Below are positions 26,301 through 38,216 of a DNA stretch of 64,000 bases, piece after piece. Each line of letters starts with the position of its first letter. Positions within the stretch are counted from its first letter, which is position 1. Source of the stretch: Stegostoma tigrinum (Eukaryota); NCBI RefSeq assembly GCF_030684315.1, contig NC_081357.1, forward strand, positions 111,299,558 to 111,363,557. The letters run 5' to 3'. The notes below the pieces were generated by a model. It did not search any database. It was not told the DNA's origin and worked only from the letters and a program-made list of their open reading frames with translations. A program made the position numbers and the translations under genes.

Positions 26301-26427
26301 TCTGAAGAAGGGTCTAGGACCGAAACGTCAGCTTTTGGGCTCCTGAGATGCTGCTTGGCCTGCTGTGTTCATCCAGCTCCACACTTTGCTATCTTGGATT
26401 CTCCAGCATCTGCAGTTCCCATTATCG
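26301..26427 (+). mobile_element. Solo PLE pLTR with hammerhead core
   Basis: tCTGAAGAagggtctaggaccGAAACGTCagc...catctgcagttcccattatc. Confidence 0.85.
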
Positions 26428-27142
26428 TGGATGCACTCAAAAACTGTCATGTCCCATTGGTTTGCAGAAGTGAAGTCCACTGGTGGCCCTCTAATTAGTA
26501 AATAGGCAGGACCAAAATGAATGCCAACTTTTTTCACTTTCAGCAAGAAAAGGTTGAGAATTTGCACAGACCAAATATCATGAATAACAAAACACAAAGA
26601 AACAGAATGACCACAGGGCCAGACAGGAGGCTGCAGCTCATAACTATACATCACATTAGTCACAACTCAGTAAGGAGTGCCATTCTTCCACAGAATCACT
26701 GGAACACAAAGTAGCCAATTCACCCATCATATCTGCACTGGTCAGTTCCCTAGTCCCTATCTCCTGCCTTTCCCATATAGCCCTGCACACCACTTCTAGT
26801 CAAATTAGTTATCCAATGCCCTCTTGAATGCCTCAATTCAATTTGCCTCCTCCACATTTCCATACACTAACCACCCGCGGCGTGAAAAGGTTTATTTTTG
26901 CCCTCACAACTTGCAGTGGTTCCCATTCGTTCTGAGAAGTAGGTGGAACAGTGGGATCTTGCCCCAATCCAAGTGTTCTGCAACCCACAGGACCACCAAC
27001 CACGAGGTAGAAAGTGGGTTAGAGCGAGGCCGAACGGTATCCTTCCGAGCCCTGTATCACAGAATTGTTATAATGCATAAAGAGACCATTAAGCCCATTC
27101 TATCTCTACTAGCTCTCTGGTGCAGTCAATGCACAATCTCCC

Positions 27143-27233
27143 GGATAACAAAGTGTGAGGCTGGATGAACACAGCAGGCCAAGCAGCATCTCAGGAGCAC
27201 AAAAGCCGACGGTTCGGGCCTAGACCCTTCACC
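27143..27233 (-). mobile_element. Solo PLE pLTR with mutated hammerhead core
   Basis: Minus strand ttggtgaagggtctaggcccgaaccgtcggc: core changed to UUGGUGA and GAAC. Confidence 0.82.
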
Positions 27234-27353
27234 AACACACCTCACCCCGCTAATTTCCTTGCATATCGTTTATAAGTAAATAAATCAACCAGTTGCCCTC
27301 CAGTGCCTCCACCACACTTGCAGGCTGTGCACGCCCAACTGTAATCCCCAACA

Positions 27354-27573
27354 GAGATAATGGGAACTGCAGATGCTGGAGATTCCAAGATAATAAAATG
27401 TGAGGCTGGATGAACACAGCAGGCCAAGCAGCATCACAGGAGCACAAAAGCTGACGTTTCGGGCCTAGACCCTTCATCAGAGACCTCTCTGATGAAGGGT
27501 CTAGGCCCGAAAGGTCAGCTTTTGTGCTCCTGTGATGCTGCTTGGCCTGCTGTGTTCATCCAGCCTCACATTT
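27354..27573. mobile_element. Young palindromic PLE pLTR element with two opposed hammerhead cores
   Basis: Arms 27395-27483 and 27486-27574 pair at 88/89 positions. 14-bp TSD TGTAATCCCCAACA at 27340-27353 and 27574-27587. Confidence 0.92.
27450..27482 (-). ncRNA. Putative minimal hammerhead ribozyme in RNASEH1 intron 1 (sense strand)
   Basis: ct-CUGAUGA-a-GGGU(cuag)GCCC-GAAA-C-GUC^agc; predicted cut between 27453 and 27452. Confidence 0.65.
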
Positions 27574-27624
27574 TGTAATCCCCAACAACCGACCATGCTG
27601 GACTAAGACACCTCTTTCACCCAC

Positions 27625-27728
27625 CAGGTTGCGTACACCCCAGGCTTCCGTCCGGCCTTCACCGCATAATAAAACCTTTTCTTCATGCCCATCGAAAGTG
27701 CCGTTAACAACCCACCAAAGCGCCACAT
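27625..27728 (-). CDS. RNASEH1: Ribonuclease H1, coding exon 1 (N-terminal leader and start of hybrid-binding domain)
   Basis: MWRFGGLLTALSMGMKKRFYYAVKAGRKPGVYATW matches the FYAV.GR..GV..TW motif of the RNase H1 hybrid-binding domain. Donor TG|GTGGGT at 27624, phase 2. Lies in a CpG-rich patch. Which ATG is used is inferred. Confidence 0.9.
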
Positions 27729-27917
27729 CCAGCCGCTTTGGGAAAAACAGTAACTCGCCCTTTGTGAAGGCTTCGCCTCCTGATTGGCCGCGGGTCCGCC
27801 CGCCCCGCCCCGTCCCACAGCGGCAACCAGAGGCTGGGAGGAGGGATTGCAGCGCTGAGCGTTTCCTCGCTTTTCCCCTCATCGCCCCCGCGCAAACCGC
27901 TCGCGCGTGCGTGAACA
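27729..27917 (-). promoter_or_regulatory. RNASEH1 CpG-rich proximal promoter / 5'UTR
   Basis: CCAAT box (plus gattgg, 27782-27787), tandem GC boxes (27796-27811) and an NRF1-like GCGCGTGCG (~27903-27911). CpG-rich in an AT-rich background; bounded upstream by the PLE TSD. Confidence 0.7.
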
Positions 27918-27932
27918 CGCATTGAGATCTGG

Positions 27933-29588
27933 AGATAACGCAGTGTGGAGCTGGATGAATACAGCAGCATCTTAGGAGCATAAAAGCTGACGTTTCGGGT
28001 CTGGACCCTTCATCAGAGATGGGGGAGGGTTCTGAAGTAAATAGGGAGAGAGGGGGAGCCGGGTGGAAGATGGATAGAGGGGAAGATAGGTGGAGAGGAG
28101 GCAGACAGGGCAAAGAGGCGGGAATGGAACCAGTAAAGGTGAGTGTAGGTGGGGAGGTAGGGAGGAGTTAGGTCAGTCCAGGGAGGACAGACAGGTCAAG
28201 GGGGCAGGATGTGGTTAGTAGGTAGGAAATGGAGGTGGGGCTTGAGGTGGGAGAAAGGGATGGGTGAGAGGAAGAACAGGTTAGGGAGACGGGGACGGGC
28301 TGGGCTGGTTTTGGGATGCAGTGAGGGGAGGGGAGATTTTGAAGTTTGTGAAATCCATATTAGTACCATGGGGCTGCAGGGTTCCCAAGCGGAATATGAG
28401 TTGCTGTTCCTGCAACCTTTGGGTGGCATCATTGTGGCACTGCAGGAGGCCCAGGATGGACATGTCATCCCTGGAATGGGAGGGGGAGTTGAAATGGTTT
28501 GCGACTGGGAGGTGCAGTTGTTTGTTGTGAACCGAGCGTAGGTGTTCCACAAAGTGGTGCCCAAGCCTCCGCTCGGTTTCCCCAATGTAGAGGAGACCAC
28601 AACGGGAACAGCAGATACAGTATACAACATTAGCAGATGTGCGGGTGAACATCTGCTGGATGTGGAAAATCTTCTTGGGGCCTGGGATGGGGCTGAGAGG
28701 GGGTCATGTAGGGGCAGGTGTAGCACTTCCTGTGGTTGCAGGGTAAAGTGGTTGGGCTAGAGGGGAGTGTGGAGCGGACAAGGGAGTCACGGATAGAGTG
28801 ATCCCTCCGGAAAGCAGGTAAGGGTGGGGAGGGAAAAAGGTGGGGTTGGATTGCAGATGATGGAAGTGTCGGAGGATGGTGGGGTGGTACGTGAGGACAA
28901 GGGGGATTCTGTTTTGGTTATTATTGCGGGGAGGGGTGTGAGGAATGAGTTGTGGGAAATGTGAGAGACATGTTCGAGGACGTTTTTGACCACTGTGGAG
29001 GGGAAGTTGTGGTCCTTGAAAAACATGGACATCTGGGATTTCCAGGAGTGTATTGTCTCATCTCAGGACCAAATGCGGCAGAGATGAAGGAATTGGGAAT
29101 AGGGGATGGCCTTTTTGCAGGAAATTGGGTGAGAGGAGGTGTACTCTAGGTAGCTGTGCGAGTCTGTAGGCTTGAAATGGATACCGATTTCCAGGTGGTT
29201 GCCAGAGATGGAAATAGAGAGGTCCAGGAAGGAGAGAGAGGTATCGGAGATGGTCCAGTTGAACTTAAGGTTCGGGTGGAAGGTGTTAGTGGAGTGGATG
29301 AACTCTTTGAGCTCCTCGTGGGAGTACGAGGCAGCGCCGATACAATCATTGATGCAGCGGAGGAAGAGGTGGGGGATAGGGCCACTGTAGCTTTGGAAGA
29401 AGGATTGTTTGAGGAAGGACAGGTTAGGGAGGCGGGGACAGGGAGGTGCAGTCATTTATCATGAACCGAGTGTAGGTGTTCAACAAAGCGGTCTTCTGAA
29501 GAGGGGTCCAGATCCGAAATGTCAGCTTTCCTGCTCCTCTGATGCCGCTTGGCCTGTTGTGTTCATCCAGCTCTACACCTTGTTATCT
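27933..29588 (-). mobile_element. 5'-truncated Penelope-like element (RT C-terminus + GIY-YIG endonuclease), non-functional, with inverted 5' pLTR
   Basis: GIY-YIG motif NVVYCICCSRCGLLYIGETERRLGHHFVEH (28281-28652). RT fragment LFLRCINDCIG...SLSFLDL...KPTDSHSYLEYTSSHP (29063-29400; YIDD decayed to CIND). Termini AGATAAC...GTTATCT. 15-bp TSD CGCATTGAGATCTGG at 27918-27932 and 29589-29603. Confidence 0.93.
27986..28018 (-). ncRNA. Putative minimal type I hammerhead ribozyme in the PLE pLTR
   Basis: Minus strand ct-CUGAUGA-a-GGGU(ccag)ACCC-GAAA-C-GUC-ag: conserved core, 4-5 bp stem II, palindromic ACGU stem III, 2-bp stem I. Activity not shown. Confidence 0.7.
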
Positions 29589-29879
29589 CGCATTGAGATC
29601 TGGCTTTGGTCACACTTTTTACTGCCCCTCGTAACCATTGGTTGCCTGGATTATTGGCATAACATCAGCACAACCTGACTGGAATTGAATCAAATAATAC
29701 TAAACATTGTGAAATTGCTAATTTAAATGAGTTGCCTTTGTGGCCAGTGTCCTGTTGAGTGATTTTATTTCAGTTTTCCAGCATCCATAGTATTTTCCAA
29801 TATGCAGCTTGCTTGATATTATGCTGACTCAAGGTCTATTCATACACCTACACAATTGACTACACGCCTTCTCAGGATT

Positions 29880-30150
29880 GAGTCATAGAGATGTACGCCA
29901 TGGAAACTGACCCTTTGGTCCAACTTGTCCTTGCCAACCAGATGTCCTAAGTAAATCTAGTCGCATTTGCCAACTTTTGGCCCACATCTGTCTGAACCCT
30001 TCCTATTCGTATACCCATCCAGGTGCCTTTTAATTGTTGTAATTGTACCAACCTCCACCACTTTCTCTGGGAGCTTATTCCTTATTTGTACCACCCTCTG
30101 CATGAAAAAGTTGCCCCTTAGGTCCCTTTTATAACTTTCCCCTCTGACCT
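29880..30150 (-). mobile_element. CR1 3'-end fragment
   Basis: gagtcatagagatgtac...aaaaagttgccccttaggtccctttt is the reverse complement of the CR1 tail seen at 34860-35050 and 61600-61870. Confidence 0.8.
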
Positions 30151-32452
30151 TTATGGTGACTTTCCACTGATTACACCTGTAGTATTACCCTGATTGCCAC
30201 TTTTGACACCTCATGGTATCTACCATACATGACACAGGGTAAAGGTTGTTTATCATAGTTCATTGCCACCAGTCACCTGTGTTCTGTACTCTGTTCAGAG
30301 CCTATCTAATTATCAGTGACAGACCATTGGTGACTCTAAAGAGTACTTGTCTTAGTTAACAAGTGTTGAGTACAGTTAACATTACTGGTCAGGCATAATT
30401 ATTAAGGTCTCTTGGGAGCTGCACAGCATACATCTCATTCCAGAAAACACTCATGTATAATTCCTTTTTTCCTCCCAAAGACTGTATTTGACATCATCAT
30501 ATTGAATGGACCTAATACAACTTCACCATTAATTCTTTTGTAACCATTGTCTTATTAAATTACACCCATTTGTCGGTTTTCATGACCCACTTGGGCCCAG
30601 ATATAATCTCTTAAGTCATATCATCCAGTAATCACCTCTACTTGCACTCAATTAAAGTTCTACCTGTTGTTTTTCTCCTGCTGCCGTTGTATTTATTTAA
30701 ACTGGGCTAAATGTAAACAACTGTGGCTGAACGAGACATCAATGTGACACTGTATGAATCGCCAGTTGGCAACTGATTGTACTAAGAGCAGATCAAATCA
30801 AATCAATGCAAGCTAATTGAAAATTAAAACATGGACATTAAATTTATTTGTTGAAGGTCGACTTACTTCCTGGCAACCCCACCCAGCTTTGTAACAACTG
30901 ATGATTATGGTCCTAGTAAAAATTGTAATCAGTAACCATAAAGGCTTATTGATAATCTTTTTATATGTAGCACGCAGAAAACACAAAACATTCTCAAGCT
31001 TAAACTCAATATGTCTGGGCATTGCAAATATTTATGCATCACCACGTGTTAACTATGAAACTTGAAAAGTACGCAAGGAATAACTTGTTCCATACGACAT
31101 CTGAATCAGCAAAAAAATTCTATACTACTACCCTAAAGCCTACTCAAAAATATGATGCCAAGCTAAAAAGAAGCAATTACAAAGGAAACACCAGCTTGTT
31201 CAGAGTTGGGATTTAAATTCAATCTTAGAGGATGAGATGGAAGTGCTGAATTTAATGGAGAAATTTACAGTAGGCTGGGTAGGCAGTGCATGACAGGACT
31301 GCCAAATAAAAGGTGAAAGGAAGGAATGATGCACAAGAGACTGGAATTAGAGTTGCACATGGCATTTGTAATCTGGAGAATGTCGCAGAGATAAGGAGGG
31401 ACAATCAGTTCAGAGGATAGATCAAGCATGAAAACAATAACTTTAAACATTAAGTGTCGAGAAAGGCCAATGGGATGTTATAAAAGAAGCTTATGGAATT
31501 CAGTGCTGGATTGGATACGGATACATAAAAACTGAAATTTATGGACAATGGAAGACTGACTATAAAAACAATGAAACTCTCAGGAACTCAAAACATCATA
31601 ATCTCCATTGGCTTCTGCAAAATTCTTCAGATTGTGAACCCAAAGCATAATCAGGAATGCATTCCCACTGAGATGGCTGACTGTTCTGGCAGAGGGTGCG
31701 GTGGAATGACATGACAATGAATTACCTGACTGTTTTGTGTCATCATCTTCAGAGAAGGAGCACTGGTTTTCAGTAGACTATAGACAACATACCTCCTGAT
31801 TGCAAAGATAGTAATGTAAAATGCAAAGAATTAGCTATGGGTAACGTGCACCCTATTTCCCAGTGGAGTTTAATGCATGTCCAGTTCTTGAAACCAGGTT
31901 GATGACATTCTCAATCTGTAGTCTTGAAATTATGGCCTCATTGTCCACAACTAAGCATTTGCCCTGCTCTTTGACCAGTTTGACAGCGAGTTGTTCAGTA
32001 TGAGTCCATGTGCAAATGCAAGAGAAGGTAACACCATTGTTTGTGCAGCCTGAGGTTACACACTCTTTTGTCCTACAGGTTGATAGAAGGTCTAGATATC
32101 ATTCTCAATAAACAGCAAACCTCTTTTCAAGTATAGAAGTTTGACAGCTAATGTCATTGCTCTAGTAAATGTCACCCACAAGCACTTATTTGAAACTTTA
32201 ATCATGGGAATTGGGCATCGCAGACTGGCCAGCATTTATTGCCTCTCTGAGGTTGCACTTGGTGGTGCTGAGTTGCCTCCTTGAATAGTTCACAGTCCAC
32301 ATTCTGTAGTTTGAACCTCAATGCCCTTAGGGATGAAATTTTGACAACTTTCACTGCATAAACAGGCACACAAATATGAAGACCACATATTCAATCTGAC
32401 GCTGAAGCCTAGAACCCAGTGCCTGCCTGGCTATCACCCTGTTTAGCCTTTT

Positions 32453-32546
32453 TCTGAAGAAGGGTCCAGATCTGAAACGTTAACTTTCCTGCTCCTCTGA
32501 TGCTGCCTGGCCTGCTGTGTTCATCCAGCTCTACACTTTGTTATCT
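32453..32546 (+). mobile_element. Solo PLE pLTR
   Basis: ctgaagaagggtccagatctgaaacgttaactttcctgctcctctgatgctgc...gttatct. Confidence 0.8.
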
Positions 32547-34462
32547 ATATTTTACATAAATATATTGTTGATGCCACCATGAATGCCAGTGACTACACAA
32601 TACCACTTACTTTGCGGAGTGTAAAAGTTTATTGATCACCACTTGTAAGTTTACCTCCAAGACAGTCACCATCCCAAATTGGTAATATATCACTGTTCAT
32701 TCAGTGTCACTGGGTCAAAATCCTGGGACTCACTTCCTAACAGTATTGTAGGTGTATTGACACCAAGTGGACTGCAGCAGTTCAACGAGATGACTCAGGA
32801 CAAACTTCTGAATGGAATAGAAACAGCCAACTATTACTGACATGCATGAGCCCGAACTCTGTACGTAAGATCATAGAATATGTTGAACACTCCCTGTTCC
32901 ATGTCTATTAGGTCCCCCATTTTTCCATTACACTGCTACCAGTACTGGATCTGGTTCAAGCTCTAATCTAGAGAACTTTCTCCCAGTTTCTCTCCCTGTA
33001 CATTTGCTGATAATACTACAGCCCAAGCGAGATCTTCCAAAACTGATTCTTTTTATCTGCTGTGCAGATATTCCTACACCATGCCATGTCTGACAAGATT
33101 TTCCATCAAATTCATACCATTTCTGATTTGTCTGACCTCATGCTTTGTTCCTCTCAGAACTGTAAATGAGTCATAGATGTCATCACTACAGAAAAAGGCC
33201 CTCCAGTCCTTCAAGTCTACAACAGTCAAAACAGCACCAAACTATTCTAATCCCATTTTCCAGGACTTGGCCCATAGCCTTGTCAAAGGTGATAATTGGC
33301 ATTATCTTTCACTCATTAGCTTTTGGATTTGACAAATCACCTTCTGCCACTTAGAACATGTGCACACTGTTTAACCATTTCTGCTCTCATAATTCCTCTT
33401 CTAGAAACCCCCAAATCTGTTGTTCTTCCCCTGACAATTTCATATAAAAGGGAGAAATGCAGCACTTGCCCATTCACCAGATACCTTATGAATGTGCAAC
33501 ACCTCAAATACTCCTTTCATATGAAGCTATAATTTTTTATTTTTTTAACCCAGTATGCTTCGATCCAGTTTTCATAATGTGCTCACAACACTAAGGAGAA
33601 CATCTGCAAACTCAACCTGAAAATCTCTATCGCTGGATTACCTCAATTTGTTATCCAATTTCAAATTCATCCTCCTCTTGGTCAGTTTCCACCATGGCTC
33701 TTGTAACTGCAAACATAGGTTTTGCATCACTGCACAAGAGTGGCAGAGTGCAAAGATCTTGTTTCTCTGGCTTGTATTCCTTTGGGGAGACAATGCTTTT
33801 TTTGTCAAAATTATTCTCTCACATCATCCCTTGCATCGTATATTTCCTCTTTCAATCTCAAATTCTCTGCTTGTAATTCATTGTCTTGTTCTAATATTTT
33901 CTCTGTCTGTTTTAATTCTGTAGCATGTAGCAGTACACTCTGCTATTTCCTTAATTTAATGTATAAATTGTCAGTTTCCTTTTATAAATTTGTAATTTGT
34001 TCCCCAAACTCCATATATTTTCTATTTATTTGCAAGGTGCATACATGGAAACTGTATGCCAGTTTATTCCCTTTTTTTATTTTAGTGTTGCCCTTCTGAA
34101 CCTCCTTTGATAGACTAGAAAGTCTGTCAAAAATAGAATCCTAATCTCCATTGCAATCTTCCAAAATTCCTAATACATCATTTGCTCCAAATGCCAGTTT
34201 TCACAATCAAACATCCTAGCAACTGTTGCTTAGCAAATGCAAAAGCTATTGGGTTACTTAAGAATTACTCAACACGCATTCAACTACAATCCAAACTGCG
34301 ACTTTGATGCTTCCCAAACTTAAAGCCAACTAAACCATGAATTCTGAGAACTACCTTGGCCATGACAACAATTTTTGATTTTAGAGGGTGCGTGATCAGT
34401 TACTTAATATAGGCAATCGATAATTTCTAGCAATTTTCTGATAATTTATTGAGAAACAGCAT

Positions 34463-34501
34463 AGAGAGAGAGAGAGAGAGAGAGACCAAAATCTGTATTC
34501 C

Positions 34502-34533
<32 letters not shown>
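34463..34533. repeat. Compound microsatellite (AG)11 and (GT)15
   Basis: 34463-34484 and 34504-34533. Confidence 0.95.
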
Positions 34534-34536
<3 letters not shown>

Positions 34537-34539
34537 ATA

Positions 34540-35262
34540 GGAGTTGAGAATGTCATGTTGTGGTTGTACAGGTCATTGGTTAGGCCACTTTTGGGATACT
34601 GTGTGCAATTCTAGTCTCCTTACTATTGGAAACATGTTGGTAAATTTGAAAGAATTCCGGAAAAGTTTACAAAGATGTTGCCAGGGTTGGACCTTCTGAG
34701 TGACAGGGAGAGGCTGAATAGGATGAGGCTGTTCTCCCTGGAGCATTGGAGGTTGAGAGGTGACTTTACAAAGCTTTATTAAATCATGAGCGGCATGGAT
34801 AGAGTGAATAGACAAGTTCTTTTTCCCAGGGTAGGGGAGTCCAAAATTAGAAGGCATTGGTTTAAGGTGAGGGGGAAAGATTTACAAGGGACCTAAGGGG
34901 CAATTTTTTTACACAGAGTGTAGTGCGTTAATGTAATAAGCTGCTAGAGGAAGTGGTGGAGCCTGGTACAGTCACAGTATTTAAAAGATATGTGGATGGG
35001 TACTTGAATAGGAAGGGTTTAGAGGGATATGGGCCGAATGCTACCAAATGGAACTAGATCAAAAACCAAAAGAGTGGGTGGACGCTGTAAATCAGGAACA
35101 AAAACAGAAGTTGCTGAAAAGGTTCAATAGGTCTGGCAGCAGCGTGAAGGAAAAAAATCAGAGTTTACGTTTCGGGTCCAGTGACCCTTCCTCGGGGACT
35201 TATACCAGGTTGGCATGGACAAGTTGGACAGAAGGGTCTGTTTTGATGCTGTACAACTCTAT
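34540..35262 (+). mobile_element. CR1 3' fragment interrupted by a PLE pLTR (~35061-35195)
   Basis: ttggttaggccacttttgg...aaggggcaattttttacacagag CR1 ORF2 C-terminus; the tail resumes after the pLTR. Confidence 0.8.
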
Positions 35263-35369
35263 AATTCACTGTGTGCGAGTTGGTGTGGTGTCAGTGTGAC
35301 TTGTTTAGTGGTAGAAGAAGACAGAATCAGCCTGGACCCTGGACAGTAAGTGAATAACATTGTATTTCT

Positions 35370-35540
35370 TCTCCTGCGCACTCCGGATGAAGTGATGCAA
35401 AAGGTCAGCAGTGGGTACCCGGTTACCATGGTAACAGTGCAAAAACAGGCATTGAGTCCCAAACATCTTCCCTCACTCGACGGAAGGGGCGGGGCGTCCG
35501 GCTGCAGACAAAGTCTCGCGAGGCTTCATGCCCCCTCCCT
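35370..35540 (+). promoter_or_regulatory. RPS7 promoter
   Basis: X-box palindrome GTTACCATGGTAAC (35422-35435), ETS-like CGGAAG (35481), GC box GGGGCGGGG (35486-35494), TCTCGCGAG BANP/ZBTB33-type motif (35514-35522), then a polypyrimidine TCT initiator. YY1-like AAGATGGAGGC in intron 1 (~35764). Confidence 0.75.
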
Positions 35541-35565
35541 CTCTCTTTCTCGGCCGCTCTCTCAG
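35541..35565 (+). other. RPS7: RPS7 non-coding exon 1 with 5'TOP tract (exact TSS uncertain)
   Basis: ctctctttctcggccgctctctcag|GTCAGT: a pyrimidine-tract start and a donor site, as is typical of vertebrate ribosomal protein genes. Confidence 0.75.
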
Positions 35566-35669
35566 GTCAGTAATGGGCGCGTTCGTGCTCCCCGTTCCTC
35601 GTCTCGAATAACGCTGCCGATCCGCTCGATATGGGCGGGCGAGACGTGGCGAGCGGCTGGTGGCCGTGA

Positions 35670-36350
<681 letters not shown>

Positions 36351-36886
36351 TGAACGCCTTTGCTAGATGTTAAACCAAAATTAACATTTGAATTACTTAA
36401 CTCAGACAAGCACTGAATCATTTGCAGTACAAATGAGAGTTCATAGTTTAAACTGTGCAATAGTCATTCAGCCCATAGCCGTGGATAGAGTTTGTGCCCT
36501 TTATCCAAGTTACCCTTCAAGTGTATCTCTGATCTTCTGTTGAAATGATTATTTTTGTGTTCCCACTTCCAAGACATTATGACTCCTGTAAGAATTTTCT
36601 CGAATCCTCCCTGTGTTTGGTGCTCAAAATGTTAAATGTGTGTCTCCTAAGATCTTGTGGCATCAGCTGATGGAAATAGATTTTTCTTGACATTACATAA
36701 GCCTGTTAATGTTGCACACTTCCTATTAAATCTCTTCTCTGCCATCTTTGCTCCAAATCAGCTGATAGTTGGCAGCCTTTTGGTCTGCATGGCTGTACAG
36801 TTGTAAGTTTCTTTTAGACTTTACAGTCAAGACTGTGTTTTGCTAACTGCAAATGTCTTTAATAGTATTTCACTTTTTTATTTTAG

Positions 36887-36958
36887 GCTCTTCTGGAGTT
36901 AGAAATGAATTCTGACCTGAAGGCTCAGTTACGAGAGCTGCACATTACAGCTGCTAAA
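36887..36958 (+). CDS. RPS7: RPS7 coding exon 2
   Basis: ttttag|ALLELEMNSDLKAQLRELHITAAK|gtgagt, 72 nt. Confidence 0.98.
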
Positions 36959-38086
36959 GTGAGTTTTTTCTTCTAAAACAAAGTCATAGTCATATAAGTG
37001 TGGAAACAGACCCTTCAATCCAACATGTCTGTGCTGAACATGTTTCCTAAACTAAAGTCCCGTTTACTTGCTTTTGGCCTATATCCCTCAAAACCTTACC
37101 TATTCATATACTTGCCCAAATATATATTGTACTTACCTCATCACTTCCTCTGGCAATTTGTTTAATATACATGGCACCTGTCTTTTTTATGTAAAAGGGG
37201 AAAGGAGAATATAATATTCATATACAGTTATTTCAAGACTTCAAAATCCAGATGTGGAAACCTAATCAGTGAATTACATCTTTGCTATCCCTCTCCTTTA
37301 TTACTTTTTATATGGGATTGGTAACTGATTATAATTGTACTAAAACTGCAAAAGGTGAATTAAATTTATTGGTAATGATTCACATCTTTTCCCCTTGCTT
37401 TTGTTCATCTTCCTGGACATGACTGTTCCTTATGGGTTTGTGGTTCTCCAGTTGTTTGCCCTCTAATAGCCAAATGAGGTTGGAAAGTTTAATGCTGACT
37501 GATTAAATGAACACTTGGGTACAGGATTTTGTTGGGGTTGAGGTTTAGACCACTGAGATGCCTGTAAATAAGAGTTAATAGTGCTGCTATTGTAAGTTAC
37601 AGATTGTCGTAGAGGTACTCGTAAGACTGGGTGGATGTTAAAATTGTTATACATTTCAACTACTTTATCATCAATACGTTTTAAGGGGATGCTAAACAAA
37701 ATTCAAGAGAAATGAGCCAGGTCATTAAAATGATGTTAAAAATCAAATTAGAAATAATGCCACATTTGTCCAAGTCAGCAAAATTGGTCTGTATGAAACA
37801 TGCAGTACGATTGAGAGAATTTTTTTTAAGCCAGCAACGATCTTGGATGACTATCTCGAAATAAACAAATATTCTCACATTCTTTGTGGATTTGGTGTTT
37901 GTGTTTAGTACCAACGGTTAAGTTAGTGACTTTGGCGATAGATTTGTCCTGGGATCCAATTTGATTCATTACAATCTTATGTACCCAAGTCCAGTGAAAA
38001 GGTTTGTTTTGCATGCAGTACAAACAGATCAGACCATACAAATGGCATTCAGATAATAGGACCAGAGCAAAGAATACAGTGTGATC

Positions 38087-38216
38087 AGAGATAGTGGGAA
38101 CTGCAGATGCTGGAGAATCCAAGATAATAAAATGTGAAGCTGGATGAACACAGCAGGCCAAGCAGCATCTCGGGAGCACAAAAAGTGACGTTTCGGGCCT
38201 CGACCCTTCTTCAGAG
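38087..38216 (-). mobile_element. Solo PLE pLTR with hammerhead core, antisense to RPS7
   Basis: Minus strand CTGAAGAagggtcgaggcccGAAACGTC. Confidence 0.85.

Noticed and set aside
27556-28113. 185-aa and overlapping ORFs across the RNASEH1 promoter
   Set aside because: They run through PLE pLTR and GC-rich promoter DNA with no protein motif; only 27625-27728 matches RNase H1.
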